Shown here in pieces: positions 60,921 through 64,000 of a stretch of 64,000 nt of DNA; position 1 is the first letter of the stretch; every line of letters begins with the position of its first letter. Where the stretch lies: assembly GCF_009914755.1 (NCBI RefSeq), contig NC_060948.1. The stretch is one strand, 5' to 3'. Under the pieces are notes generated by a model. It had not been told where the DNA came from, did no database searches, and saw nothing but the letters and a program-made list of their open reading frames with translations. This stretch comes from the human T2T-CHM13v2.0 reference genome, Homo sapiens. A program made the position numbers and the translations under genes.

Positions 60921-63900
60921 TCCTTGAAAACGAAAGTTCCACAAGGGCAAAAGAAGAAAACAAATTTAACACCCCCCAAAGAAAGTACAAAGAGTAACCT
61001 CAAAAGAACCGCAGGGGAAAACAATTCAAAATTTACAAGTATCTACCCTAAAAGAAGCTGAAAGTCCCTCAAAAACTTTCCAGAGGCCATGTCCTTGTAT
61101 TACAAAAATGATCATAAAAACTGGCAGGAGTAGACGAATAGAAATGCATCTTAAAACTTGCTAAACCCTTCAAGTCTCCCATAAGAATTGTAATGGAAAA
61201 TGGATCGGTCGGCAGCTTTTTCCATACAATTATGAACAAATTATATTTCTTCATACATAGATTTGTTTTTTCAATATTCTAAGGAATTAACTTTTATATT
61301 AATAGTAGGTGATGTAAGAAAGCAGGCCTTTATCAAGATAACTGACACTGGATGTCCATACCATTACTCAGGTGGGCCTTAATTCCCAGCCGGGTTCCCT
61401 CCCTGGACACACACTGAAGGTCCCCAGCCATTTGGCAATCTCTTCACATTCCCAGCCCTGGAGGTAGCCCTAAAATACATGTACCTGAAGAAAATAAAAC
61501 ATTGCCTCACACTGGAGCCCAGTGTGGTCCTCCAGATTCCGTGTGAGGTGGACTAACTTATATGGGAAGGCAGGGCAGCGGGAGTGAGGATGGCAGAGAG
61601 GATTACACATGTCAAGGCAGCCGGGGTCATGGAAACAAAACATGACTGGCCTGGGAGAAACACTGTGAAAGGACACAGACCTAGGTGGGCCTCAGGTGGA
61701 CATCCTCGTGGAGAAAAAGGGGGCCCTGGTTGATCTCAAAATGAGCCCCAGGTGGTAGCAGGTCTTACCGCAGGGCAGGGAGCTGGCGAGTAATGATGAG
61801 ACAGCTATCCCTTAAGCCCTGCTTGTCACCCACTGACTTTAGCCACATATGCATCATAGTGGCTTAAGGTGCCCCGATCCTGAAATGTGGGTGTTACATG
61901 TCCCTGATGGGCCTCTCTCCCCCAACCCACGGATTGCCTGGGATTGCTCACTGCAGTCTCCTCCCGGATCCTTGGGTTCTCCATGTGGGGCCCAGATCCA
62001 GGTCAAAAGGCCTCTCAGTTCCCAGCCCTTCCCAGCCCTAGGCTGCTCGCCTGGCCTCCTCTCTGTTCCGCCTCTAGGGCTGACCCTCTCTCCATGGGAT
62101 AGAACTGCAATGGATTGAGCCATAGGCCCTGGCTGATGATCTAGGTGACTGCAGAAGTGGGTCCAGGACAGTTCAGGTGACAGTTCAAAGCCAATTCCCC
62201 AGAGACCAAGGAATGGCCAGCTAGGTCCTTTCCCATGATGCCCCACGGCGAACCCCACCTCAGCAATCCTGCCAAAACCCGGGCAGTCATGTTCAGCCAA
62301 ACAGCTGAATGAGCTCAGGTAGGAGGTGTACTGCCTGCAGCTGGAGGCTTGACCTTCGTGATCCCAGAACCGCTGGACTGCAGTGGAATGAGACACCCTG
62401 TAGCCTGCAGGGAGAGGAGTCAGGAAGGTTCATGCCAGTCCCACCCTCCCACACACCAGCTCCCCTACCATGCTGGGAGGCATTCCTTACCGAGGATGCC
62501 AACACAGTGCTCCTTCATGATGATTTCACTGTGGAAATAAAGGTTGGGATGAAAGGAAATCATCCTGCCACCGGTAACCGGGATGGCTGAGTTCCTCCAC
62601 CTGCCGGATCAAGGAGAAAGAGGATGGATTCAATGGGACCATCTCAACTAGCCGGGCTGAGGTGGCCTACTAGCTGTAGTGAACCATGAGTTTCCCCTTC
62701 CCAGCTCTCCCACTGAGACAACCCTGGTCCCCAGGGGGACCTCAAACTGACTCAGACACTGGACTCCTCCCACAGACCCAGGCTCCCCAGCCTGACCTGC
62801 AAATCCATCACGTAGCAAAGCAGGACTTCCGCATGCTTTCCGACCCACGCCGACATCTCGTGTGCCAAACAATCTACCTCTGCGCAAGAACTCTCCAGAG
62901 GATTGGGTGGGCAAGCCTCGTGACGCCTTGCAATTTCGCAAGAACACAGACAATGTGGAACAGGGCCATCTCCCAGACATTTGGCCAGTCACCCTTCATT
63001 GTTGGCCCTCTATCTCTGTCTGGCGAGGAGGCAACGCCACAACTGTGGTGGTTTTTGGAGTGGGTGGACCCCGGCCAAGACGGCCTGGGCTGACCAGAGA
63101 CGGGAGGCAGAAAAAGTGGGCAGGTGGTTGCAGCTGAGGGACGGGAGGGACCGGGGGTGGTGTGAGGCGGCTGCTTCTCTGGGTTTCTGAGATGCAGGAG
63201 GCCTTTGTGTGCTGGGTGCTGGACATGCTCCGCTGATGTCCGGGTGTGTGGTGTCCTCTTATCCTAGTCTCCCTGAGGGGTGGGCCTGTCCACCTGAGGG
63301 AAGCCTTGTAGTTAGAAGCCACAGCAGGGTCGTGCCTGGCGCTCTCCAAGGGAATTGCGTGGGTCCAGAGGAAGTTATACAGGCTCAGGGCCTACACGCC
63401 TTTGAGTGCAGCGCCTGCAGTTGGATGAATGCGCATCTGCGGAGCTGGTGCCCGCCGTCAGGTGGTCGGCAGCCCCATGCGCCGCGAACCCGTCTTAAGC
63501 ACCTTGTGTTTCTGGGGTGAGCCTGCTGGAAACAGGCACCGAGAGCAGGGGTGGTTCAATGGCTGGTAATGGCATACAGATTCCCCGTCCTCCAGGGACG
63601 TTCCCAGGGAAACGCGTCCTTCGAATTTGGGCTGTGCGCAAAGGGACCTTGGCGCCGCGATTCTCCCTTGTCAGTGCTGGCCCTGGCTCCCCTTCCCTAC
63701 CACGTGCTCCCAGGGCTGCTACAAGCGAGCTGCCCTCACAGCTGCGGGAACGTGGCCTCGGCTCCCACGCTGTCCCCCATCCCCTGCCTCCTGGCTGACC
63801 CCACGTGCCTCCCACCTGGCTCCTCCCCCCAAACAGCCCCTATACCCCCCGAGGCCCGATGACTATCCCCTGCTGCCCGCCATCCCAAATCGGCAGCCGC

Positions 63901-64000
63901 AAGGATATGGCTCTGGCTCACAAGGCGGAGATGCTCTGTGGCCTGGGGCATTCACGGAGCCCAGCTCCAAGTGAAGGACCTCCAGCGAGTCCATTGACGG
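60914..64000 (+). repeat. TSPY/DYZ5 tandem repeat unit 4 (partial)
   Basis: Matches 1-3087 with offset 60,913 and is cut by the window end. Confidence 0.97.
62051..64000 (-). pseudogene. FAM197Y: Head-to-head degenerate TSPY paralogue (FAM197Y), copy 4, 5' end outside window
   Basis: Copy at offset 60,913. The exon-1 homologue is truncated by the window edge. Confidence 0.8.

Noticed and set aside
1-64000. CRISPR arrays, rRNA/tRNA genes, or prokaryote-type operons and defence systems
   Set aside because: None seen. The sequence is primate genomic DNA with spliceosomal introns, Alus and L1.

Overview
Mammalian genomic DNA, recognisable as the human Y-chromosome TSPY tandem array (DYZ5). The window holds about 3.15 head-to-tail, near-identical copies of a ~20.3 kb unit, with periods of 20,299, 20,306 and 20,308 bp. 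Each full unit carries one intact six-exon TSPY gene on the + strand (308, 308 and 314 aa). Each also carries a shared CpG island and a head-to-head, intron-containing degenerate TSPY paralogue on the - strand (matching the FAM197Y/CYorf16 position), whose exons 1-5 can be traced by hand. A second, more decayed TSPY-like relic (exons 2-5, - strand) lies about 5.5 kb downstream of TSPY, alongside old L1, Alu and THE1 elements and microsatellites. Copy-specific variants include an 18-bp coding duplication, a lost CCAAT box, two missense changes and a four-gamete mosaic pattern consistent with gene conversion. The array itself is well known. The least obvious structure is the pair of mutually similar TSPY-like relics hidden in every unit.
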